Assembly (NCBI RefSeq): GCF_000181795.1
Contig: NW_003526941.1
Coordinates: 10,096,493 to 10,160,492, forward strand
From: Trichinella spiralis
Taxonomy: Eukaryota
Direction: 5' to 3'
DNA length: 64,000 nt
The notes under the pieces were generated by a model. It did not search any database. It was not told the origin of the DNA and saw nothing but the letters and a program-made list of their open reading frames with translations. Shown here piece by piece: positions 23,777-37,000 of this stretch. Position numbers and translations under genes: made by a program. Every line of letters begins with the position of its first letter. Positions within the stretch are counted from its first letter, which is position 1.

Positions 23777-24821
23777 NNNNNNNNNNTACGAATATACGTA
23801 CATGTTGTGATTGATAACATTCATATGTTCAGTCATTCAGGCATGGTGTTCAAGGTGCTCTGAACAATTTATAGATTAATTATCGAATGGGTATTTGAGT
23901 AATGGATGCAATTTTAATATGATTCATTATAATTTGTAAACCGATCAAAGGGTGAGTTAATTGTTTTTGTGTTTTGTGATTTTAGAAGAAGAAGAAGAAG
24001 AAGATAGAGAAATAGAAAATGTAGATTTGTGAGCATTTTGGAAAGCATTCAATTGAGGTAGCATTTCCATTGAGCGGTTCGGCATTTTGTGATTCGAAGG
24101 TTTGAAATTGTGTGTTCGCAACATTTGTATGCTAAAGGAAGGAATAACAGAATAAATTTCATAAACATTAACATAATTATTCCAAAGGAAGCACACACAC
24201 AAAAAAAATCAAATGTTCATATTATGGTACATAAAGTTCTTTATGCAAAATAATTTTCTCCATTCGATCGCGTATTTGTTTGTTTATTTATTGGAAAAAA
24301 TTAATTGACTAATTTCACAGAGAAAATTATTACAAAATTGAAATAAATAATCATGCCCGAAGCAATTGCATGTTCCAACTGAATTGAAATGCTGTCTCAT
24401 TTCTGGACAAACTGTTAAACTTTCTTATCATGTCATCAGAGGCTGTCATAACAGATTTTTCTCCTAACATTATGCACGTCAGACTGGTAGTAATGGAAGT
24501 ATGAGCAGCAGCAAAAGGAAACTTGTATAATTTGAAAATGTTACAACAAGCTGCCAAGGTGGTTCTGTTGCAATGATCTACTTGGACCAGGAATTATTTG
24601 ACGACAAATGCTTAATTAACTGAAGTTGTGAATTGAAATTTAGCAAAAATAAAAAAATCCTTTACAAATTATCAAACAACAGACAACTCTAAATCTTTTC
24701 CTCTATCTCTCTCTCTCTCTGTGTGTGTGTGTGCATAATTTATACATTTGCATAATAGAAAATGAAAAATACTACATTTTTGCTTTGTGTGGATCAATTT
24801 CTACCGACCAACAACTACAAA

Positions 24822-25030
24822 CTACACATCTAGTGAATGAAGCATATTGTAGACGACATTGAGACTGACCGGGCACCGGTGGGACGCCAATGGGCGATCA
24901 AGCGTGCCAGGAAAATGAGCCCTGAAAATTGACCATCTTTGGATCAATAGTCCAAACAACGCCTGCAGGGCGTCGATCGTCCTTGCAATACAGAGCAGCG
25001 TTTGGTTTATTTGAAAATTCGGTTCAACCA
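24822..25030 (-). pseudogene. Possible remnant of a PIF/Harbinger (HARBI1-like) DDE transposase C-terminus
   Basis: IARTIDALQALFGLLIQRWSIFRAHF...VVYNML resembles the family motif AR..IE.AFG.L..RW.IF...LHN. No upstream catalytic part or TIRs seen. Confidence 0.3.
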
Positions 25031-28000
25031 GTTGCCGCCGATACAAAGACACACCCCACCCCATCCACTCATCGGCTTGCTTTTCGAATATGCAAACGAT
25101 GACAAAATTTAAATAATCGTTTTTTGAAAAAATTTTTCACTTATTCATCAAATCAAAGTATGTTTATTTTCTCTGACAACATTGTTGTTTTTAGCTTAAC
25201 AAATTGACATGAATACGTCACAATTGAGATAATCTTTGTAAATTGATGGGAAAAACAAAAGCTTTTCCATTTGACGTCATGAAACATTTTCTACCGAAAT
25301 ACATACAGTGCTATAATACAGTATTCATAATTTGTTGTTGTTGTGCATGATATATAATACAAAAATTAAAAGCATATTTCCACCAGCTGCCCAAATTTTG
25401 TCATTGAAACAAACGTATGTGGAGAGTAGACAGATAAATTTTCATCGTAAAAGAAAGTCGAAAAAAAATTAGCAAATGAAATAACGAATAATAATCGATC
25501 ATCAAGATTGAAAATTATCATCGTCGTCAATATATTATCATATATGAATATTCATTTTATGTGTGTGCGTGTGTGTGTGTGCGGATGATGAATTGAAAAA
25601 TTGACTCGACCATGCATTAAATGCACAACGGCCAGAAGGGAACGGTCAAATCCGGCATATATCAATCATCCCACTGCGGGTCGGGGGATAAATGGGCAAA
25701 GATTGGGGGAGAGGAGGGGGGGAGGGTAAACACAAAAGCTAAAAAGCAGCCGGAATCAAGCTTCGATCTTTTGTCTTTGAAAATAACAGACACACCGAAG
25801 CAGAGTGTGGTGAGTGAGTGAAAAAAAAACAACACAATTGATCCGGGGTATATCGATATATATACATATATTGTGTTGTATTGTGAAGCGCATCTGCGGG
25901 ACTTATTAGAAATTAACAAAGCGTGCAAAATGGAAATTTGCCCAAAATGACCACTTCTGCTGCTCTGGTGCTGAGTGTGAGCCGATTGACTGGCTGGTGG
26001 CTGTGATTGCAAACAAAGAAAGGCAAAATATTAAGCAAAGCTTCATCGGTGACAAAATGAAGCAAAAAGAAAAAAAATTAATTCCACAAGCAGTTAGTTG
26101 CAGATTTTGTCGACTGACAACTTTATCCCCATATTCTTTCTACACATCAATCTTATTCACTTACAACCGCTAAATAATATTCGGTAGAACAGTTTAATTT
26201 TTTTTTTAACAAACTATTAATCGATTAATTATTGTTTAAAAATTTAAAATTCTCTGTATGCTTAGAATGGAAAAATATTGGTTTGAAATTTTGAATAAAA
26301 TTTTTTCCCAAGATAAAGCAAAACTTTTCATTTTCTCAACTGTCAAATGATCCTTTTCTCGCTTGTCAATTGCTTGTTAGCTGCTAGTGATGAAGCCGAG
26401 AAAGAGAGAGAGAAAAAAAATTGCAAAAAGCAATTTCTTCCAACGAGTGTCAAATTGAAAATTCCAATTCCACATCAAAAACAATACAACAAATATACAA
26501 TTTTTCTTTTTGGAAACGAAAAATTAAATTTTGCAAAGTAGTGAAAAAAAAACTATTTTTTTGTCTTTTGAAACATTCAAATTGTGCAAATTTACACAAC
26601 TAACATAAAATGATAAAGCCAATCATCTTATCTATCTGTCTGTCTGTATGTATGTATGTTTAGTGTAAATTGAATACAAACAACCGTTCAGCTATGATAT
26701 TGTTTGAAAATTTCCAAATCAGATCGTATGACTTTTTGCGTCAATATTTTCAAGGTTATAAATTATAAATTTATAATAATTATGATTTATTTTATCAATT
26801 TCATATAACTAGTAAAATATTATCTTCAATGGAGTAATGAAAATTATTTCAATAAATAAATTAATTAATTAATGTTCGAAATATAAAATGTCAAACTCAC
26901 AACAATTGTCGAAAGGTATCCGTGAAGAGAGAGAGAGGAGATAGAAAAGAAATTGATTTTCCACCACTATTCCACAAACGTCCCCTTGAGACGGGATCGT
27001 TTACAATAATTGCCCATTATTATTATTATTATTATTGTTGTTGTTGTATCAACGTGAACCATGCAACAGTGCAATAATACACCGTTAACATTGATCATCG
27101 TTTATCTATGCAAATTTTTGAAAACTAAATGATAAAGAATGAGGCTGAATAGAGAAAGTTGCATCATAGTTTTAAAAATAATTTTTTTTCCACTTATGCT
27201 TAATATACATTTGTTATAAATTGGAATATTAATAATAATAATTTTTGACCGGTGAAAAATATTTCACTTTATCCTATTGCACAATGGATAAAAACGTAAA
27301 GACACGAAAAAAAAAAGATGAAGAAAATTGTTGCAATTGTTGTTTACAAAGTTTGTTCAGGTTGGTTGGTGATAAAGTGCTTTTCGTAAGCTAACAGCTG
27401 TCGCGTGACAAACAAACAAACAAACAAACAAAGAGAAAAAAAATAAATAAATTATCACTGACAACAAACAACAGATTATTTATTGTTCGTAGGGAAATTT
27501 TTGTTCAGAAAATGAGCATTTTAAAAGAGACAAAATTGAAAATTTTCACTGGCGGTGTAATAAATAAAAATTGATGACGTCGACCGGCGTGTTGTCAAAG
27601 TTGAACGTCAAGTGAAAGTTGCAACTGAAAAATCCAACTGAAACGAATTTAAATCAGTCGGTGTCGGTCGAATCTATTTATTTAACTGCACTGAGCAGAA
27701 AAAAAAATCAATTTATGCAAATTCAATACAGTGAAAAAAAATAAACAACAATTTGAGCTTGAGAAATTTGTTTGTTTATGAATTTTTTTTAATATCAAAA
27801 AAATCATTTGAATAGAGTTCATTTGATGTGGGGAATTTTGAAATTTTTTCTCCAACAACTTTTGAACAAGTTTGTTTTTGACAAAAAGTACAACAAACCA
27901 GGAAATTTGAAAATTGTTTGTAGTAAAATTGAAATGAAAAAAAAAATATTTATATATAAATTATTTGAATTAACAAAAACAACAAAAATTCAACGATCTG

Positions 28001-31000
28001 CCTGATCGATTTGTCAATGACATTTTTTTCTCGAGTGTCTTTTCGACTGATGCTGTAAAATCAATTTCACAATTTTGCTTTGAATATAAAAATTTTTTTT
28101 TTCAAAAGAATTGTGATCAATCGAGTGAATGTTCTATGCAAATATTATTATGTTAATGTGTTCTATTTGTATCAATCGAGAGAAAAAGGCCAGAGCGGAA
28201 ATCAAATAGACAAACCGAAGATGTGTACAACTTTTGAAAAGCGGCCGTTTTTCATTACTTTTGCAATTGATAACATTTCGAAAAGCAGAAATACAAACAA
28301 CAACAAATTATGATTTATGCAGATAATATTTTTCATTATCGGTCTTCTATATTTCAACTTTTTTTTTCATTCAACACAATATTACCGTACATAGTGGCAC
28401 AATTTACCTCTACCATATAACCTCGAACAATTTTTAATGGGATCCTTTTCAACTAGCCACCACTTTTAAGTTCATTCAATGAAAAACTCCCATTGAACAA
28501 CAACATCAACAACAATATTAAATGTGTACGCAAATAATGTATTTTGCCAAACAACAATCAATTGTAATAAGCAACCGGCGTCATATCACCATTGTCGGTC
28601 AAATTTAAATTATACTTTTATTATTATTATTATTATTGTTGTTGTTGTTCAATTGTGTTGAATTAAAAAAACACACTTTTCCATGAAATTGAAAACAAAA
28701 ACTATTCAAACAGAAAAATGAATGCAAATTTTTCCAAACAATAACAATTTTTGTTTTCCTCCATCTCATTTTAAAATTATTAATTATTATTATTATTAAA
28801 AATACCAAAAAAAAAAACAACTTTGACAAAGGCAAGCCTATCATCATCGCCATCGATCACACTTTTGTCGTTCGACGTCAAATGGGCCATCGAAAAACGC
28901 TCGTGAAACCAGAAATGATACACTTGCACAATTAGCTTCCAAAAACTACCAGTTGCCGACCTTGATCACTAACCGCACAATTTATACACGACAATAAACA
29001 AAACAACCAAAAAACAACAATTAAATAATATTTCACCACTTTACAACAAGCAGTACATTAATTAATTAATTAATTAAATAATATTCATATTGTAATTGTT
29101 GTTTACAATCTCACAAGTATATCACATTATAATAATGGAAATTTAATCTGAAATTCACTACTCCAACTTTTTTTGCATGTTGTAATTTAAAATTTAATGA
29201 ATCTTAAAACAATCAAATATATATATCACTTCAAATTGAACAACTAAATTTTATTAAGACAAACAAAAAGAAAAAACCTAGTCTGACATAACTATTTTCT
29301 CTGTTGCATTTGAAACTTTTGCGTGATTTATCAAACAACACACACACGCACACACCAAATGTCATACACAACGTGTAATAACAATAATAATAATAATAAT
29401 ATTTAAAAATAAAAAAACACTATTTTTATTATTATTATTATCGCAAAAATGTTTATTTTTTCAAATTATTCGCATACGGTGAAAAGTTGCTTTAAAAAAT
29501 TGCTATCCACTTCCAAGATTCCAACTCGAAAGAAAGAAAAAAAATGCATTACAACATAACATACATTACTGAGGGATAATTGTTTTTTCAAAAAAAAGAA
29601 AATTTTCACTTTGTTCAAAAAATTTTAACATGTGTTCAAAAATCAACGTAGAAAAAGTGAATTTGAAAAATCACCTCCTCCAACACATGTGCTGGAAAAT
29701 GTTGGATAATCAAAAAAACTGGGTATAAAACATTTAAAAAAAATATATATAGACCTGTCATCAAAATAGTTTGAATTTTTTTTTCAAATTCGGTAACAAA
29801 CTTTTAACACTAACCGTAGTTGAGAAATATTGTTTCAAATTTAAAATTCAACTTCCAAGCATTTTATATATACATGAGGGATAAATTTTTATTTAAAGGG
29901 AAAAAATTGCCTATGAAATCTTTTCAAATCTGTGATTATTGTACTGCTTTTATTTTTTTATTCAACAACTGTTGTGTCAGCATTTGATTCAGTTCAACAA
30001 CTGTAGCTACTGCTATTCTTTTTTTTTAAATGGGCAAATTTAAGTTTTACAAAAGAACAACAATATGCACGCGTCTGCGGTCAAAGTAACGGTAACAAAG
30101 ACACGTTGTACAGTATGCAATGTTGCAATAACTGTTTTAAACTAATTTTTACACCACGTTCACGTTGTGCTGTGTCACGTTCACTTTACAATATGTTGTC
30201 ATTAGGATTTTTATGATTATTCGAAGAAGAAACTTGTTTACAGAAAAAAAAAATTTTCTAAAAAATACATATATATATATATATATATACTGTAGTGTAT
30301 GATTTTCTCAAATCACAGTGAAACACAATTGTTCAGCTTTAAGACAACATTATGGATTGGTTGTGGAGAATAGCTGTCAGAGTTGTTTCTCTCTCCTCTC
30401 TTACTCTCTCAAGCGGCCACACCTCGACGTCAAGCATTGAAGATTAATTTCCCTCATTTGTCTGCCGAGTGTTGAAGCAAACAAGGCTAAAAACGGTCCC
30501 TGTGACAGCTAGCTGTCCGCATTTGAAGCAGAAAACAGCTCACCAGTCTAGTCAGAAGGAAAGCAATTGATCACTGCCGCACTGGCGTCATACAGATCAA
30601 TATCAACAGATGAAAAAATTCCCAACAATTACAGTATGCGCAATGAGCAGCTTTATGCCCGTTGGCTGGTGCAAAAATCCTCGTCGGCACCGGCTGCGAA
30701 GATGTTTCCGGTCGATCAATCACTACCGACTGATCAGGCGAACGATAAGCAACAACCGCATATTATGAACGCAAGAGTTGAGAAATTACGCTCAGGAGGA
30801 AAATGTTGAAAACGTAAAAGTTTGAAACATTCTACTTCAACATTTATGCCCATTGTCTGTCATCCAACTTGTGTGCAACATTTCACAATTCATATTCAAA
30901 GCAACTTTTCCAAATCACAAATAACCCAACACAACAAGGGGAAATTTTACAAATAAACAATAAATTTCTTGCAAAATTAGGCAACCCAATTTTATAAATT

Positions 31001-32183
31001 CAAAAAAAAAACAACTGACTATATTTGTTTCGCGCAAGTATATAAAATAATTTACATAAATGCAAAGCAAAATAATAAAATAAAAAACACTTCTTACCTT
31101 ATCGCTTGCTTATGAAAATTGATGGAAGTTGTTTTGCTGAAAGAAGAGATTCAGCTCATGCAGCCGACGTTAGTTGACGATGAAATCTTATTCATCTACG
31201 GATGTCGAGATGATTTCTTCTGCGATTTGTTCAGATTTTTCTTTTTCAAACTTGTCCACTTATAAACTGCACTATAAAATAATTCTTTAAATTAAATTCA
31301 AAATCTAATCGGAAAATATACATTTTAAGCATAAAAGTATCATCATTAATTGCAAGAATTTCTCGTTAATGTATAAAATGCAGTTGAAATGTGATAAATT
31401 TTAAAACATTTTTTCCTATTCGGACTTATCAACATATTTTTTAAATTGTATATTTTGATAATTTCAACATTTTTCATCATTTCATTATGGTTTAAGTTGG
31501 AATTTTATCAAAAAATTTTGTGTTACACGAAAAATAAAACAACCATTGGCATGAAATCATTTATGAAGGTAAACTTCAAATTGTGAAATAAAGTAAAATG
31601 ACAATCAAGTTCTCTAACTTAAAAATTTCAAATGATAGACTCTCAAACGGTTTACAAGTCTGTTAATTGAAATATAATAAGTAACCAATTTTATCACATT
31701 TAATTTACCATGTTATTTACTTCAATTTCACATTGAAGCTTTTTGTATTCTTACAGTATAATTCACTTATAAAGTTCAAAAACACTGTTCCTTCATTTTG
31801 ATTTGAGTGGAAAAAAATTTTTTCAAATTGTGCTAAATCAAAATGTAAACTTTAAACTTTTTAAGGAAAATCTTATTAGAAGAAATCTTAAAGTTCCAGC
31901 TCGATCGCATATTTTTTATTTTGTGAAATTGAAAAAATAAATTTGAAGTATACGATCATATCCTTTTATGGCCATTTCAACAGGAATTATTTGTAATTTT
32001 TTTTTCACTTTTCAACTAGTATTTGAAACTTGAATAACAATACAATAGTTATCGTATTCTGCTAATACTTTAAATTAAAAAAATTATAATAAATCATATG
32101 GTTTAAGAAACTTGTAATATTTTATTTTAAAATCCCAAAAAATATTCTATTAAAGTTTCTTTCAATAAAATAATTTTGTAATT

Positions 32184-33343
32184 TTATTTTGACCAAAACT
32201 GATGAAGACGCTGCAACCATTCTTTCCAATAGTATTCCAAATAATGCGGACCGAGTTCAAAAACACTTGCTTGATTGTCCTTATAACATACAACGATAAC
32301 TGCATGGGTTACCTGAAAAAAATGTTTAACAAAAGAAAGTAACCAAAATCAAAACTGCAAACTTTGTAATCCAAATTCATTGAATTCAAAGCACCAGCAT
32401 AGGCAGCCAATTGTAACGGTGTATCGTATGTATTTTCCAACCTCAGCTTCACTTTATCACTAGTTTTCAATTCGATTAATGTTAATTTCTTCCTAGAATA
32501 ATTATTTACATATTACGCAACGTTATAAATGATTTCACTACATAATACTTGTAATGCGCAATCGCATCGAGTTGTCCTTTATAACACAACTTGCGATGCT
32601 TTACCCACATTTCTTTTGATATTAAACTGTCAAAATCTTCAAGTAACGGCCGCATACTGTTCCAGTAAGGTTTAGCATTTTCTGGCAAAATTACTTCATC
32701 TGGCGGTGTATTAAGTTTCAAATACTGCATACTGAATGCTTCATGCAAAGCATGTCCCAGTTTAAATCTGTCTAATAAGATTGAAATTTTCATAAATGAA
32801 ATAAGTTGTAGGCAGTTTTCACACCCGCTGTCATCTTTTCAAAAATTTCAGTTCCTACTTGCTCTATCATTGCTTGCTTCCATTTGATGAGTATCTGTTG
32901 TCCATCTTCGGATCGACTTTCTTCGAGTATCTTCGTTACTGAAGGAAATTTATAACTGGAACAGTTTTCTAAAGTAAACATTATTCAAAAAAATTGTCAC
33001 GAGCAAATTACATGCTTGCCTGCATTTTCGTAATCTGAGTTATCAGCAGTGGCAAGAAAAGGAGTAGACAAAATAGAATCGATGTTAATTCCAAAATTAG
33101 CAGCAGATGTTCGATTATTCAATGAGATTGTTTTTTTATTTCGTTTCACTTCCAATATGATATGTCGATTATTATTTGTTGCTTTTCCATTTTCATATCG
33201 ATTACTCGATAATGACCGTACATTTTTATAACCTGAAGAAAAAAAAATTCGTCTCTTTCCCTTTATAAATGTTTAATTATAAAAATAAAATTACTCAAAG
33301 CAGAAAATGATGGATTTCGAAATGGTAAAATTTTGCACAGCAT
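32184..33343 (-). CDS. MGME1: Mitochondrial genome maintenance exonuclease 1 (PD-(D/E)XK nuclease), 6 exons
   Basis: Exons 33343-33295, 33232-33020, 32968-32825, 32771-32549, 32492-~32363, ~32312-32184. Motifs FPSVTKIL, GHALH, HRKLCYKGQLDAIA, LIELKTS...TYDTPLQLAAYAGALN, YWKEWLQRL. Confidence 0.92.
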
Positions 33344-34006
33344 AATTGAAACCATTCTACACTAACGCACGAATGGAGAAAAGAACGAACGATAAACCAA
33401 TGTTTAGTAATCTAACCACATGGAAATCTAAATAAGTTGACATTTTATACAATTAAAATCATAAGTCAGATTAGCCAGTGTATCACATAAAAACGATGCA
33501 TAAAAATTTGTTTTTTTTTCAAAAGTAAACCTTGAATCTGGAGCAGATAACCAAACTTTAATACCACAGTATAACAAACATTCATAAATGTAGGTTCATT
33601 AACAGTTACCATAGAACAGTTGACATTTTTTACATATTAACAGTAAATGTGGCATAATTTAAAATGAATATTTTATACCAGTGAATCATCTTGAAATGCA
33701 GTATTTTATAATGTCAATTTTGATAAAATAAACAGTAAAAATTATATTATTAACTTAATTAAATAGTGTAAATAGAAATAAAATAGTGTTTTACTTTTAA
33801 GTCTTGTTGGAAATGAGTTAAACGTAAATGTACAAAAATAATTTAAAATATTACTTGAAAATCAATTACAGTATTGCCTGAGGAATATTGTTTCAGACAG
33901 CGTTGTGAGTGTTTTGCAGCTGCGTGTAAGTTTGAATGCGAATAATGTTATCGTTTGTTAAGAAGAAATTTAACGAATAACAGCTAACGTCCATTGCACT
34001 GGGACG

Positions 34007-37000
34007 ATGGCTAATCTTATGTGGCGAAAGATTCAACATCAAAATAAGCGCTCAACAAAATTCAGATTTGTAGCTCATTTTCATGAATTAGCAATTGAAT
34101 GCTCCTCAAAATGGCAACCATCCAGTGTAAGAATTGTTTGGGAACATCGGAAAAGGCGTTATGCAACTAAAGTGAGTGTCTTTCAAGTCTGTTGCATATA
34201 ATTTGTGTTTGATTATGCATGTAATGCATATTTTTTTTCTGCACTGATTTTTCTGATATGTTATTTAAAAAATATTTCAAATATTTCTCAACATTTTTTT
34301 CCTACTTTCATGATGACTCATTAGCATTTCATGCTGACTCATCGAAAATGAACTTTTTGTGCTTGTGAATTGTTTTAACTTTTTCATGGAAATCTAAGTA
34401 TCGCATGATTGAGAGCAAATGTTGCGTTTATTATGATATTATTAGTAAACAGTTTTAGACAGCACAGATGTCAAATTTTAGATTGCTTTCAAAGTTGTTG
34501 GCTTGCTTTTATTGTAAACAGTGGTCAGTTGGGTTTCTCACTTCAGTACATTTAGTACAAATCAAGTTTCTTCTAGTTATTAACTGAAACAGTTCGTCTA
34601 TTTTCTTCTCAGTGCATTTGTTGCAGCTTTTTATAATTTTATTCCTGTACTTTATCATTGTTATAATATTATAAATTTTGTGTATTAAATGAAAAGCGAA
34701 TGTTGCATTTTTTTACTACGCTTCAATATTGCAACATGTTGAAATATTTCATGCTACTGGGATTTCATTTTGCGATTGTATCGCTGCAAATATGTTTCGA
34801 AGAAAATATGATTAAATTTTTTTATAGCATATTATTTATTAGAAAAAATGATGTGAAGAATATTATTTCTTTTTCTTTTTGAAAAGTGATTTTTAGAGTT
34901 TAAAGATAAATTATTCAAAAGTAATACTGTAAATGCGAGAAATGTGCCGCAAGTGTAACGTTTAAATTTCATTTTATATAGGTTTTAAAATTTGTTGTTT
35001 TATAAATTGTAAAAAAAATAAATGACAAGATTTAATTTTTCCATTTTACTAGATGATTGTTTAGAATTGTATTTAAAAATTAAATTGTTTACATTTTGAA
35101 ATTATGAAATAGTTAATTTATGGAATATTAATTTGATATTATTGATTGATTTAATGCTCTGAGGTTAATGGAATTTGAATTTAGTAATGGAATAATTATT
35201 ACAGGCTCACAGTTGGGAACCGTCGATTACTAATCCATACAGTGGAATTATCGTCTGGCCAGAACAAGATGCTGACAATTTGGAAGTGATAACTACGCTT
35301 TATCGTGATCCGCAGCAGGGTCATTTTGACGATAAAGAGTGGACGTTTGTTGTGGAAGAGGTGAAAAGATCCGGAAAATACAAGCCGATCGCTTCGGTGA
35401 ATATTAATTTGCGCATGTTTGCCAGTGAAATGCAAGGGAGCATCACCGAGATGAAGTTCCAGCTGCGTCCGTTGAAAGAGGCACTGCAACGATGCACGCT
35501 GCAATTGCAGCTCACATGTGCAATTGTTGGCAACAATGCTTTGTTCGAAGAACGAATGGAAAAGGCTTCGAACGATTTGTTCAAGGTTAGCTAATTTTGT
35601 TTGTTTATTCATTATTATTATTTTCTTTTGATTTGACCATCGTTAGATGTGTGGGAAAATAATTGTTTTTTTTTAAATAATAAATTAGGATGCGCAACAT
35701 TTGTCGAGACAGTTTTCGGAATCTCAAGTAGAAGAGGTTGAAAATCGAAATTCTCTGGTCAGATCAACCAGCAGTTTGCCAATAGCAAATGGATACGATT
35801 TGGATAGAAAAGCTGAACAGCCGAATAGTAATATTTCGACAGCAGAAATTAAAATGACAATTGAAAATAATAGTCCAGCTGAAGAAATTTCGAATCAAGA
35901 AGCGGTCAGAAAGAAGAAGATGCTTTTTGTAGGTGAATATGTGGAAGATGTTGTGCAAGTGCAGAGCGGCTCGAAAAATGCAAGCGGCTATTTAGCAGCA
36001 GCAACGGCGGCAGTGGCCACGCCCACTTCTGGACCTCTGATGGCGTCAACGCCCAGAGCGGATGTATCTCGGTCAATTTTTTCCGACAGTGGTCTTTCCT
36101 CATTGGTTCGAGTTTTTATTCTTGTTGTTGTTGTTGTTGTTGTTGTTTATTTTTTTTCTTTTTAGCAATCGAAACGCGACACAAGCTTAATGGGTGAATC
36201 ACAAGCATCATCGTCTAGTCAAGATTTGCTCAGCTGGTGCCAGCAGGTGGCGCGTGATTACCGTGGTGTGAAAATTACCAACTTCAGCAGCTCGTGGCGT
36301 AACGGTCTCGCATTTGCCGCTCTTGTGCACCACTTTCGACCAGACTTGATCGACTTTGATACACTACGTCCGTCGGATATCCGTGAAAATTGTCGCAAAG
36401 TGATCGGCGTCGTGTGATTGATGTGCTTGAGAAATGCAAATTTTTTTTCCAGGCATTCGACGCAGCTGCGTTGTTGGGGGTTCCACGACTTATCGACCCT
36501 AATGACATGGTCATCATGGCCATACCGGATAAAATATCAGTCATGACTTACGTTTACAGTTTGCGATCCGTGTTGACTGGCTCGTCGCCAATTGGTGGAA
36601 ATGGTACGTTTAATTTGCTTTTGTTTTCTTTTTCAATGCAAGATTGTTCATTTGCATGCCGATGTTTGAATTTTGTGACGAACGTTGTTAATTCAAAATT
36701 CAGTTTGTTGTTTTTTTTATAATTTGAATAATTTTTATGAATATTTATGCAGATCGGTTGGAAAGAGTATTGTTGAATAGAGAAGAGAAGAAGAATGGAA
36801 ATGCATTGGAAATGCTTGGCACGCATTCGACAAGCAGAAGAGACAGTTTGAATGAGGAGAAAAAGTCGTTGTCGTCGTCGACGTCGTCACCTCGTCGTCG
36901 CGTTGGCAGTAGCAGCAGCAGCAGCAAGGCGGACAGTACAAAGGAGGCTTCTTGTCCGTTGTCGTTCACATTCAGCACCAGTAGCATACAGAAGCCCACT

